DNA of 64,000 nucleotides, from the NCBI GenBank assembly GCA_043825735.1, contig JBDRRP010000027.1, forward strand, positions 1-64,000. The letters are read 5' to 3'. The translations under genes and the position numbers were made by a program. Below the pieces are notes generated by a model that had not been told where the DNA came from, ran no database searches, and saw only the letters and a list, made by a program, of their open reading frames with translations. This stretch comes from Pseudomonadota bacterium. Lineage in GTDB: Bacteria; Desulfobacterota; Desulfobacteria; Desulfobacterales; JBDRRP01. The first letter of the stretch is position 1. Each line of letters begins with the position of its first letter. Shown here piece after piece: positions 29,511-38,779 of this stretch.

Positions 29511-30485
29511 TTGATGATAGACGCTCAGACAATCACGCAGATGGCCGCCTACAGCGGCGGCGCCATTGCCATGGGGCTCGGCGCCATCGGTGCGGCCACG
29601 GGCGAAGGATATACCGCCGGCCGGGCTTCGGAAGCCATTGCCCGCAACACCGAGCACTCCGGCGACATCATCAAAAACATGCTGGTCGGCCAGGCCATTT
29701 CCGAGTCGGCATCCATCTTTTCCCTGGTCGTGGCCATTTTGCTCCTGTTCATGGATCGCTCCGACCCCAGCCTGATAAAAGCCGCATCCCTGCTGGGCGC
29801 CGGCATATGCATGGGATTCGGCGCCATCGGCTCGGGCGTCGGGGCCGGTGTTCCCGCCGGCTCGTCGTGCACCGGAATCGCGCGGCAACCGGCCATTTCC
29901 GGGCGCATCACCACCAACATGCTCATCGGCACCGCCGTCTGTCAGACCCCGGCGATCTTTGCCATGGTGGTGTCTTTGATTCTCATGTTCCGGGATCCGG
30001 GAAACGCACCGGCGTTTCCAACCTGTGCCGCACTGGTGGGTGCCGGGCTGAGCACGGGCCTGGCGGCCATCGGCTCCGGCTACGGGGGCGGCCTTGCCGC
30101 CGGCGCCAGCTGTGAAGGCGTGGCGCGCCACCCGGACACCGCCACACCGGTTACCACCACGATGCTGGTCGGGCAGGCCGTGGCACAAACCCCGTCAGTA
30201 TTCGGTCTTCTGATAAGCTTTATCCTCATGTTCAAATCCTTCCCGGCCAGCGACACCCTGAGTGCCTCGGCCGCGCTCATCAGCGCCGGGTTGTGCACGG
30301 GCTTTGGCGGCCTCGGCCCGGGTGTGGGCAACGGCCTGGTCGCCCAGGGCGCCGTGCGCTGGGTCGCCCGCAACGTATCCAGCGCCGGTGATTTGATGCG
30401 CATAATGCTGGTCGGACAGGCAGTCTCCCAGTCCACCGCCATCTACGCCATGGTGGTGAGCCTGGTGCTCATATTTGTCGTCTGA
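29511..30485 (+). CDS. atpE: Four-hairpin (8-TM) F0 c subunit
   Basis: Four GxGxxGxxxGxG / AR(N/Q/H)x / MLxG units; ion-site residue is E, Q, Q, Q. Confidence 0.88.
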   Translation: MMIDAQTITQMAAYSGGAIAMGLGAIGAATGEGYTAGRASEAIARNTEHSGDIIKNMLVGQAISESASIFSLVVAILLLFMDRSDPSLIKAASLLGAGICMGFGAIGSGVGAGVPAGSSCTGIARQPAISGRITTNMLIGTAVCQTPAIFAMVVSLILMFRDPGNAPAFPTCAALVGAGLSTGLAAIGSGYGGGLAAGASCEGVARHPDTATPVTTTMLVGQAVAQTPSVFGLLISFILMFKSFPASDTLSASAALISAGLCTGFGGLGPGVGNGLVAQGAVRWVARNVSSAGDLMRIMLVGQAVSQSTAIYAMVVSLVLIFVV

Positions 30486-30517
30486 AAAGGTCTGCTTTAC
30501 CAGTAAAAACTTTAATT

Positions 30518-30701
30518 ACCACGGAGTGCACGGAGAACACGGAGAGAAAAAAACTTTAACAACAATGGGTTATTAATAATTCCGCATGCTTCTTGTTGAT
30601 CAAAAAAGGGCAGTTTGGCAATAACCGTTGAGGATGTACTGGAGCGTCATAGAGACCGGGTTATTTTTTAAATCTCTGTGTTCTCCGTGTACTCCGTGGT
30701 T
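30518..30701. repeat. Triple-CACGGAG inverted arm pair with a ~130-nt spacer between the two atpE genes
   Basis: ACCACGGAGTGCACGGAGAACACGGAG ... CTCTGTGTTCTCCGTGTACTCCGTGGTT. Confidence 0.85.
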
Positions 30702-30774
30702 CAATATCGCTGTGTCTAGAGACCTACTGAAACATTCAGCATAACCGTATATTTTTTTGCAAGGAGACATCCCC

Positions 30775-31023
30775 ATGGCCATCGAAGGAGTAGATCTGGT
30801 GAAAGCGGCCGCGTTTCTAGGCGCCGGCATCTCAATGGGACTGGGTGCCATCGGCCCGGGCGTGGGGGAAGGCATGACGGCCGCCAAGGCCTGTGAAGCC
30901 ATCGGTAAGAACCCCAAGGAAGCCGGGCTGCTGACGCGGACCATGCTGGTAGGGCAGGCCGTGGCTGAGTCGACCGGCATCTATTCTCTGGTCATCGCCC
31001 TGCTGCTGCTGTTTGTGGTGTAA
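30775..31023 (+). CDS. atpE: F0 subunit c, Na+-type signature
   Basis: GPGVGEG ... AESTGIY; SD AAGGAG. Confidence 0.95.
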   Translation: MAIEGVDLVKAAAFLGAGISMGLGAIGPGVGEGMTAAKACEAIGKNPKEAGLLTRTMLVGQAVAESTGIYSLVIALLLLFVV

Positions 31024-31101
31024 CGTCCCAGTGGCCTTCAGCCGCTTGTCCGGTACCTGACGAGCGGCGTCCGGGGCAGTACCAAGCAAAGGTTTCGGCC
31101 T

Positions 31102-31554
31102 ATGGAAATCATCCAGACCACCGCATTGATCACCATCAACGACACGCTGTGGTTCCAGCTGCTATCGTTTCTGTTTTTCCTGTTCGTCATCAACCGTGTC
31201 ATGTTTCGCCCGATGCTGCGCACCATCGCCGAACGCGAGCATCACCTTGATGACATGAAACACGACATCCAGCGCACGACGGCGGAAATGGATCGCCTGC
31301 TGGCAGAGACGGCGGCCGAGGAAGACCGGGTTCGGAACGCTTCGCGCCGGGAACGGGACGCCCTGCTCAATGCCGGGCGCCTGGCGGCTGGAAAGGTGCT
31401 GGAAGATGCAAAAACCGAGATCGGCAGGATTAAAAAGGAAACCGAAAAGCGCCTCGCTCAGGACCTGGCCGATACCCGAGAAAAGATCGCTACCGAATCT
31501 GCGGCCCTGGCAACGGCCATCATGGAAGCCGTACTGGAACGGAAATTGAAATGA
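31102..31554 (+). CDS. F0 subunit b'-like
   Basis: INDTLWFQLLSF, FRP..RE, coiled coil. Confidence 0.85.
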   Translation: MEIIQTTALITINDTLWFQLLSFLFFLFVINRVMFRPMLRTIAEREHHLDDMKHDIQRTTAEMDRLLAETAAEEDRVRNASRRERDALLNAGRLAAGKVLEDAKTEIGRIKKETEKRLAQDLADTREKIATESAALATAIMEAVLERKLK

Positions 31555-32147
31555 GGATGCCAGATCCTGTCAAAACCGCTATCCGCACAGCCCTCCTGTC
31601 GGCTTTCGTATTGCTGGCCGGCCTGGCCGGTCCGTGTCTGGCTGCCGGAGCGAGCGCCCCCTGGCGCGGCACCTACGACACCGTGATGATGTGGATCAAT
31701 TTCGTGATCCTGGTGGCCGTGCTGGTCAAAGTGCTGAGAAAGCCGCTGGGGGAATTCCTCGACAACCAGCGCGTCGCCCTCACCAAGGAAATCGACCAGC
31801 TCACCAAGCAAAAAGAGCAGGCGGAAGCGGACATCTCCGCCTTCCGTGAAAAAATGGACGCCCGCAAAGAGCGCTTTGACGCTATTCACCAAAACATCGT
31901 CGACAGCGGAGAAAAAGAACGCCAGGAATTAATCGCAGACGCCCATCAGCAGGCGGGTATCCTGATTGAAAGTGCGCACCAGCGCATCGCCAACCAGCTT
32001 CGAAAAGCCGACAAGGCGCTGCGCGCTGAACTGATCGATGCCGCTATGGCCACCGCCACCGCCCAGTTGCCCAGCCGGATCACTTCGGAAAACACCCGGA
32101 ACTGGATCGATAGATTCATCCACGACATCGACGCCTCCGCCCTGTAA
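31551..32147 (+). CDS. atpF: F0 subunit b
   Basis: WINFVIL..KPL..FL..R, coiled coil; ATGA overlap with the previous gene. Confidence 0.85.
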   Translation: MRMPDPVKTAIRTALLSAFVLLAGLAGPCLAAGASAPWRGTYDTVMMWINFVILVAVLVKVLRKPLGEFLDNQRVALTKEIDQLTKQKEQAEADISAFREKMDARKERFDAIHQNIVDSGEKERQELIADAHQQAGILIESAHQRIANQLRKADKALRAELIDAAMATATAQLPSRITSENTRNWIDRFIHDIDASAL

Positions 32148-32256
32148 CGCAACGTCTCAAATCCGCTTGACCAGCGCGGTGGACATTTCCCACCCAGCCC
32201 ACCAATAACCCACCCGAAGGGGCTGTTATTTCTCCCACTGGCCTCTTTTTGATTAT

Positions 32257-32783
32257 CGCGCAGAGACGCCGAGACGCTGAGAAAATCCTCTTTCGCCTGT
32301 TAGAGTAATTGCCAGAATAATGTTCCGTTTCATCCCGAAGATCCTCTCGGGGTCGGGATCGATATCGGGATCGAAATCGATGTTTTCCAAGGCCGATAGC
32401 GATACCGATCCCGATAGCGATTTCGAAGAGCGGCGCGTTTTGCGGCAATATAGGGTTACTGGAGCTTCATAGAGAAGCGGATATGTCAATAGCTCTAAGC
32501 GGTGGTTTGCCATGAAACGGTGGCGCAGGCATTCTCTTTTTCGGCCTCGCCTTCTTCAAGCGATCGCGGAAAGCACTCAGCCGGCACAGCATGATCGGAC
32601 CCGGCGCAAGGTGATGGCGGCAGGAACGGCGGCGACCGTCGAATAAAGGCGGTCAAATCCTTGATCCCGGCGCCGGCGGATGTGCTTAGGCGGCATTTGG
32701 TGGCGGGGTCGAAAAAGAGAATGCCTGCGGCGCCAACAGCTGATGAAAATATTGATTTCTCTGCGCCTCGGCGCCTCTGCGCG
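32257..32783. repeat. CGCAGAG-type arm pair enclosing an ATCGnn hexamer element (32314-32426)
   Basis: Arms at 32257-32281 and 32759-32783; the hexamer element recurs at 34085-34186 and 35615-35683. Confidence 0.7.
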
Positions 32784-32878
32784 AAAACGGTTTGTTTTTT
32801 CGCGTTCATTGCCGGTGATCGACAATCGGCCTGATAGGCGTCGGGCCTGGACATTCTGCCCCGCGTCTCAAGGGCCTT

Positions 32879-33871
32879 TTACGGCAGGTTCGAAAAAAAC
32901 GACCAAACCAAGGCCGCCGCATCGAAGTCTTTCATAGGATGGGTGCCGGCCAGTTCTGCGGTGAAATAGGGCCCCGGCCAGATATGCTCCCAGTCTTGAA
33001 GGGTCACCTGGACAACGGGTTTGCCGCTGCGGCAGTCGCCCCACCGGGTTTCCACCAATGCCCCCTCCCGCATCGAGGTACTCGTCTCACGATCACTGCA
33101 CCCGTTGGCCCGGCGCCAGAAGGCGGCGCTGTCGGCCACCGAACGGTAGACGCGGGCGCCGTCGCCCCGGTCGCTGGCGCCGCCGTCGTAAGGGACGTCA
33201 GTGTCTGCCGTGCCGTGGATCATGACCATGGCCACCGGTACCGCCGGCGGAGGCAACTGCCAGGGGGCAGGGTCATCGCCGACCCGGCTGCCGATGGACG
33301 CCGCCAGAGCGGCTGCACCGTCCAGCAAGACACCGCGCTCGGCGGCAAAGCGATGGACAAACATGCCGCCGTTTGAAAACCCCACCATAAAAACCCGGCT
33401 CACGGCAAACCGCTCCCGGATATCGGCAATGGCGCGGGCTACGAACCCCACATCGTCGATGCCCTCCTGGGCGGCCTTGCCGCAGCAGTGCCCTGCGTTC
33501 CAGTGCTGGAGATAACCGAAGAGCCCGATGCCTTCAGGATAAATGACGAAAAACCCCTCCCGGTCGGCCAGTTCACTGAACCTCGTAAAACGCGCCATGC
33601 CATCGGCGGTGTCAAACGCGCCATGAACAACGATGAGCAGGGGTGCGGGCCGTCCTTCAGTGAAGCCGCTCGGAATGTACAGGTTGTAGAACCGGTCGAA
33701 GGCACCGGTGCGAAAATCAGCGGCAACCCGGTAGGTGTGTGAAGCCGTGACCGGCCCGCTCTTAAGGTAGGGTGTGCAAGCGGCCACTGCTGCGCTCGCC
33801 AAAGCAACCACCACCGCCTGCAGGGTCAAACGACCGGTGCCGCGCAACAACCACCAAGGAAAGTTTCCCAT
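32879..33871 (-). CDS. PHB depolymerase/LpqC-family alpha/beta esterase, possible lipoprotein
   Basis: LIVVHG, WNAGHCC, DDVGF, GFSNGG, IHGTAD, H.WPG; VAAC lipobox-like motif. Confidence 0.88.
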   Translation of the reverse strand: MGNFPWWLLRGTGRLTLQAVVVALASAAVAACTPYLKSGPVTASHTYRVAADFRTGAFDRFYNLYIPSGFTEGRPAPLLIVVHGAFDTADGMARFTRFSELADREGFFVIYPEGIGLFGYLQHWNAGHCCGKAAQEGIDDVGFVARAIADIRERFAVSRVFMVGFSNGGMFVHRFAAERGVLLDGAAALAASIGSRVGDDPAPWQLPPPAVPVAMVMIHGTADTDVPYDGGASDRGDGARVYRSVADSAAFWRRANGCSDRETSTSMREGALVETRWGDCRSGKPVVQVTLQDWEHIWPGPYFTAELAGTHPMKDFDAAALVWSFFSNLP

Positions 33872-34224
33872 GACAATGTCCTGTAAAGCTACCAGCGGTG
33901 TTCTTGGAACTGTTGAAAGATCATCGTTTCCGCGTCACAAACCAACATACCATCGGGGCTGTTGCCAACCATGCATGAAGTTCTCTGCGCCTCAGCGTCT
34001 CTGCGCGGGATATCTTTGCTGGTTCCAATCAATTTTAGCCATTGTCATATATATGTTCCGTTTGCACAACAACGCCGTGTGAACATCGAAATCGAAATCG
34101 CTATCGGCCTTGGAACACATCGATTTCGATCCCGGTAGCGATCCCGACCCCGAAAGGATCTCAGGGATGAAACGGAACATCATTCTACAAGTACGCTACC
34201 CGTTAACGGGCACAAAAAGTGCCC

Positions 34225-35595
34225 TCAGGCGCTATCGGACATCAGGCGCATCACCGCCGCGCGATCCACTTTGCCCGCATCGGTCATGGGAATCCGCTCG
34301 ATAGTGTATACCCGCCGCGGGATTTCCTGAGGCTCCAGAAGGCCTGCCAGATGCGCGAGAATCGACGCCCGGCCCAGGGACGTCTCCACCATGGCGGCGA
34401 TATCGGTCTCCCGGCCGCTGTCGGTGGGCAGCGACAATACGCAGGCATTAGCCACCCCGGGAGCGGCCATCAGCGCTTCGTGGACGGCGTGAAGATCCAC
34501 CCGCTTGCCGCCTACCTTGACCACGCCGTCGGTACGGCCGCCAAGAATGAAGCCGCCGTGACCGCTTGGCGTCACCCGATCGGCGGTCTGAAAATACCCG
34601 TTGGCGTCGACAGGCAGTGTCGCCGACAAAAACGCGCTGCGGACGCTGAGGCGATCGTCGTCAATCCGCCAGTCGATCACCGGAAACGGGGTGTAGGCGG
34701 TTTCCCCAACCGCTCGGCACCGCGTGGCGATGCCGCCGGTCTCCGTCGACCCGTAAACTTCCACAACCGGCGCGCTGGTCCGCTGGGTGAAGGCCGCGCC
34801 GTCTTCGGGCGCCAGGGCGCCGGCCGAGGAAAAGGCTGTCTTCAGAGTGGCTCCGAAGGCGGGACCGGCTGCCAGTGCGCGGTAATGCGCCGGCACGCTC
34901 ACCAGTACCGTGGCGTCGAACCGATCCGCGGCATCTGCGATTTCCGCCGGGAAAACCGGCGTGCCCGGAACCACCGCAGCCGAGGACACCAGCGGAACGA
35001 TCACGGAAAACAGCAACCCGTAGATGTGCAGCGGGGAGACCGTTGCCAGAACGACGTCCGCCGGTCCGATGCCGTGGTGACGCGACTGAAAAAGGGCCTC
35101 GCCCAGCAGGTTGAGGGGTGATTTGGGCCAGAGACGGGGTGCGCCCGTTGATCCGCCGGTAAACAGCCGCACCCAATCGGCGCCGGCGGCGATATTGATC
35201 AGCGGGCCGCCGGAAGCCGGGTCGATTGCCGCCGGCGAAATGTCCGCCACCCCCGCAGGAATGGCACCTGCATCGTCGATAATGGCTGCAGAGAACGGGA
35301 AAAGTCCATACAGGGCCGCCAGGGCGGCCGGAGATGATGCGTGGGGGAGAACCAGTTGGGTGCGTCCGTCCAGGCTTGCAAGAATCGCCGCAGCCGCCAG
35401 TGCGCGATCGGCGGTGCACAGGCAAACCTGCCGCACCTGCTCGCCGCAGGCATCAAGGCGCCGCTGCAGCGCGCCGGCCATCCGAAAAACCGATGTCACA
35501 GTGGCGCCGCCCCGGATAAATTCACGATCCGGGTCCGGCGGGCCGTTCGAAACGGTTTCGAGCCATTGTCTTAACAGTGTTTTAATAGTGTCCAT
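34225..35595 (-). CDS. AMP-dependent acyl-CoA/ACP ligase
   Basis: FTGGSTGAP, HIYG, EVYGSTETGG, GRTD..VKVGGKR, GKVD. Confidence 0.9.
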   Translation of the reverse strand: MDTIKTLLRQWLETVSNGPPDPDREFIRGGATVTSVFRMAGALQRRLDACGEQVRQVCLCTADRALAAAAILASLDGRTQLVLPHASSPAALAALYGLFPFSAAIIDDAGAIPAGVADISPAAIDPASGGPLINIAAGADWVRLFTGGSTGAPRLWPKSPLNLLGEALFQSRHHGIGPADVVLATVSPLHIYGLLFSVIVPLVSSAAVVPGTPVFPAEIADAADRFDATVLVSVPAHYRALAAGPAFGATLKTAFSSAGALAPEDGAAFTQRTSAPVVEVYGSTETGGIATRCRAVGETAYTPFPVIDWRIDDDRLSVRSAFLSATLPVDANGYFQTADRVTPSGHGGFILGGRTDGVVKVGGKRVDLHAVHEALMAAPGVANACVLSLPTDSGRETDIAAMVETSLGRASILAHLAGLLEPQEIPRRVYTIERIPMTDAGKVDRAAVMRLMSDSA

Positions 35596-35855
35596 GTCTA
35601 TCGACCGCAGAAAATATCGATTTAGATCCCGATTTCGATCCCGACCCCGAAAGGGACTTTCGGATGAAACGGAGCATTATTCTGACAAGCACTATAATGC
35701 CGCCGGCGCTGTCGGTGACACGTTTACTCCGAGGCCTGTCCGGCTGTCAACACGCCCTGCCGCCCGGCCCTTCTCCAGCTTGACTTTACAGGGGGTATTC
35801 ATTAGGTTGCCATCCGGCGCGGTGCCGCGCAAACGCGATAGACAAGGCGAAAAAA

Positions 35856-36899
35856 ATGGGATGTTCTGTAACACAGCAGGCAGCGTTCGGTTTTACGGCG
35901 GCAGACGTCGCCACGGCCGTTCACCGCGGACGCCTGCTCTCCATGGAAATTGAATTCAGCCTTCGCTGCAGCTTCCAGTGCCCCTACTGCTATGTGCCCC
36001 CCGAGGAAAGCTTCGAGCGGGAACTCACCCCGGAAGAAATACGCGACACCATCACCCAGGCAAAAGAACTCGGCGCCCGGAAAATCATCGTCCTGGGTGG
36101 AGAGCCGTCCATCTACCCCCACCTGGAAGAGATGATCGGATTCATCCGGGGTCTTGACCTTGAAGTGGAGATGTTCACAAATGGTACCGGTGTCACCGCC
36201 GCGGTCGCCAGAATGCTGAAGACGCATGGCGTGCGCGTGGTCCTCAAGATGAACTCCTTTGACGAGGCCCTCCAGGATCGCCTGGCCGGTAAAAAGGGCG
36301 CCTATCGCATCATTCACGAGGCGCTGGCCCACCTCCAGGCCGCGGGCTACCCGGCGGCGGATGCATTCCTGGCCGTATCCACCGTCATCTGCCGCCAGAA
36401 CATCCACGAGCTTCCCGATCTCTGGCAATGGCTGCGGGACCGGGGCATCGTTCCCTACGTGGAAATCATCACGCCCCAGGCCAATGCCATCGAAAACACC
36501 TGGCTCGATGTGCCGCCACCCGAAACCCACCAGCTTTTCAAAACCCTGGCTGAAATCGACCGGACAAAATACGGCCGCGACTGGGACCCCCAGCCACCCC
36601 TGGTGGGCAACAAGTGCCTGCGTCACCAGTTTTCCTGCCTGGTCAACGCCCACGGCGAGGTGATGCCCTGCGTGGGGGTGACCCTTTCCATGGGGAACAT
36701 CCGCCAAAAGCCCCTCAAAACGATTCTTGCCGAAAGCGCGGTCCTGAAGGATCTCAAAAACTACCGCCACACCATCAAAGGCCCCTGCCGGGACTGTGAA
36801 AAGGCCGAGTCCTGCTATGGCTGCCGCGGCGCCGCCTTCCAGCTCACCGGCGATCCCCTGGCCTCGGACCCCCTGTGCTGGAAAAATTATCAGGGATAG
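35856..36899 (+). CDS. Radical SAM/SPASM protein
   Basis: CSFQCPYC, GGEP, C-terminal C..C, CRDC..CYGC..DPLC. Confidence 0.92.
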   Translation: MGCSVTQQAAFGFTAADVATAVHRGRLLSMEIEFSLRCSFQCPYCYVPPEESFERELTPEEIRDTITQAKELGARKIIVLGGEPSIYPHLEEMIGFIRGLDLEVEMFTNGTGVTAAVARMLKTHGVRVVLKMNSFDEALQDRLAGKKGAYRIIHEALAHLQAAGYPAADAFLAVSTVICRQNIHELPDLWQWLRDRGIVPYVEIITPQANAIENTWLDVPPPETHQLFKTLAEIDRTKYGRDWDPQPPLVGNKCLRHQFSCLVNAHGEVMPCVGVTLSMGNIRQKPLKTILAESAVLKDLKNYRHTIKGPCRDCEKAESCYGCRGAAFQLTGDPLASDPLCWKNYQG

Positions 36900-36979
36900 G
36901 CCGGCGGAAACCGGTTCCTGGTCATGCTCAACATACAAGTAACGTTGCCGGGGGCTCTTTGCCCCATTGGTTGATTAAT

Positions 36980-37735
36980 CACCACGAAGTTCACGAAGGC
37001 CACAAAGAAAAGAAAAAACCGTTTTCGCGCAGAGACGCGGAGGCGCAGAGAACTTCGGAAAAAGATGAACGTCCAACATCGATGGTCCCGTAAAAAGACC
37101 GAATCTCTCGCAAAGCCGCAGAGATCGCAAAGCTAAAAAATTGATACTAAAAATGCTTTTCTTGGCGCACTTGGCGCCTTTGCGAGAAAATTGCTTTTTT
37201 TGGTTATGCACCTTTCTCCAGTTTAGATTTCGGCTGTTTCGTAGGGGAGGGGTTTATCGCCTCCCGCCATCGGCACAGAAGACCCCCACCGTTCGTGTTT
37301 ACCGATCACGGGCGGGGATCAGCCTTCGCCAAGGCTTCCACCGTCGCTGCGCTATGGCGGACAAGACGGCGGACACGTAAACCCCGCACCCTACACGATT
37401 CATTGGTCTCCGGTATCCTTTTTGACTGCCGCGATCGGCGCTTCGTTACAACGACAAATATCATATATGCAATCTACGCCCGACAATTCACTGGAGAATA
37501 GTGCATAACCAGGTTGCTTTTTTACGGATCCATCATCTTTTCTGACATCGGCTGCTGTCACCGAATGTGAAATCGTTTTCGCGCCGCAGGCGTTTCCGCC
37601 CCGGTTTTCTTGGCGTTCTCAGCGCCTTGGCGAGAGAATCGCGATCTTGTTTCTCCATTCTCCATTCATCATTCGACGTTGGGTGTTCGATGTTCAACAT
37701 TCGTTTTTCTCTGCGCCTCAGCGCCTCTGCGCGAG
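36980..37735. repeat. Composite nested repeat field
   Basis: Arms at 37025-37050 and 37709-37734 enclose a GATGG..CCATC MITE, MITE-B, and a block shared with 47239-47424. Confidence 0.75.
37199..37513. mobile_element. MITE-B (~315 bp) with TGGTTATGCAC..CTCCAG inverted ends and an 8-bp target duplication
   Basis: TTGCTTTT at 37191-37198 and 37514-37521; empty site at 5454-5466. Confidence 0.75.
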
Positions 37736-37957
37736 CCCATTAGGGTTTTCTTCGTACACGGTGTCTTAACACCCTTTCCAGAACCTGTAGCATAGTAAGC
37801 CCGGGCCCCAAAATACAGGTTCTGGCGATTTGTCAAAGAACGATTATTAACGTCAGTTTATGCTTTTCTATAAGTTAATCCGTAAGGGAATTATCTCAGA
37901 ATTTTCGATGCCTTTGGGCATGACTTACGCCCATAATTACTGTTGTCTTTCCACGGA

Positions 37958-38779
37958 TTAACTTCGTGGTTCACAGTCAGTGTCGCGGATACGGTTTTCC
38001 AGCAGCCGGGATAGCGGCAGCACCGGCAGCTGTTTGCGCGCCAGCCCCGCCAGAACCGATTCGATTTGCTTCTCCCACACGGGCAGCAGTGCCGCATCCG
38101 GCGGCGTGGTATCGTGGAGCACGATGATGTCGCCGGGGCGAACGCGGCCGAGAATGCGCCGTGAAATACGGGTCACCCGCCGGTTGCCGCGGTCCAGGGC
38201 GCGGCAGCTGTATGTCACGGCGAACATTCCGCGCCGTCTGAGCACCGGGCCGAGATGCGGCCCCACGATGCCCACCGGCGGTCGGAAAGCGGTGCTGTCA
38301 ACCCCCAACCCCGTCAGCACCGCTTGGGTCCGGTCGATCTCCAGTTCCAGGGCCTTTCGCCCCCGCAGCATGAGCAGCATATCGTGACTGTAGGAATGGT
38401 TGCCCACGTCGTGGCCGCTGCGGCAAATCGCGTCCATGAGGGCTGGGTAGTCTTTTGCCCTCTTACCGGTCACGAAAAAGGTAGCGTGAACCCCGTAACG
38501 ATTCAAAATGTTCAGCAGCAGGGGCGTGGTGCCCGGATCGGGCCCATCGTCGAAGGTGAGGGCCACGCCGCCGGCAGATGACGTCCCCCGGGTCACGACA
38601 GGAAGAAAGAAATTCAGCGCGGGAAAAAAAGGGGCCGCGCAGCAGGCCAGCACAAAAAGCGTCAGTGGAACGGCGGCCAGACCGGGGTCCGCGGCGCCCA
38701 GTACGGCGGCAAGCGCGATGGCAGCCCCGCCGGCACGCTCCCCGATGCTCAGGCACGGGGGCCGGTACCGGCCACCCAT
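37958..38779 (-). CDS. Polysaccharide deacetylase (NodB/CE4) family protein
   Basis: LTFDDGP, ATFF, GNHSYSH, FRPP.G, IVLHD. Confidence 0.92.
   Translation of the reverse strand: MGGRYRPPCLSIGERAGGAAIALAAVLGAADPGLAAVPLTLFVLACCAAPFFPALNFFLPVVTRGTSSAGGVALTFDDGPDPGTTPLLLNILNRYGVHATFFVTGKRAKDYPALMDAICRSGHDVGNHSYSHDMLLMLRGRKALELEIDRTQAVLTGLGVDSTAFRPPVGIVGPHLGPVLRRRGMFAVTYSCRALDRGNRRVTRISRRILGRVRPGDIIVLHDTTPPDAALLPVWEKQIESVLAGLARKQLPVLPLSRLLENRIRDTDCEPRS

Noticed and set aside
28115..32147. Canonical N-ATPase operon
   Set aside because: No atpD/C/A/G present, and separate b and b' genes; only the c-subunit signature is shared
32314..34186. Composite transposon carrying the esterase
   Set aside because: No transposase or target duplication, and a third copy nearby suggests independent scattering
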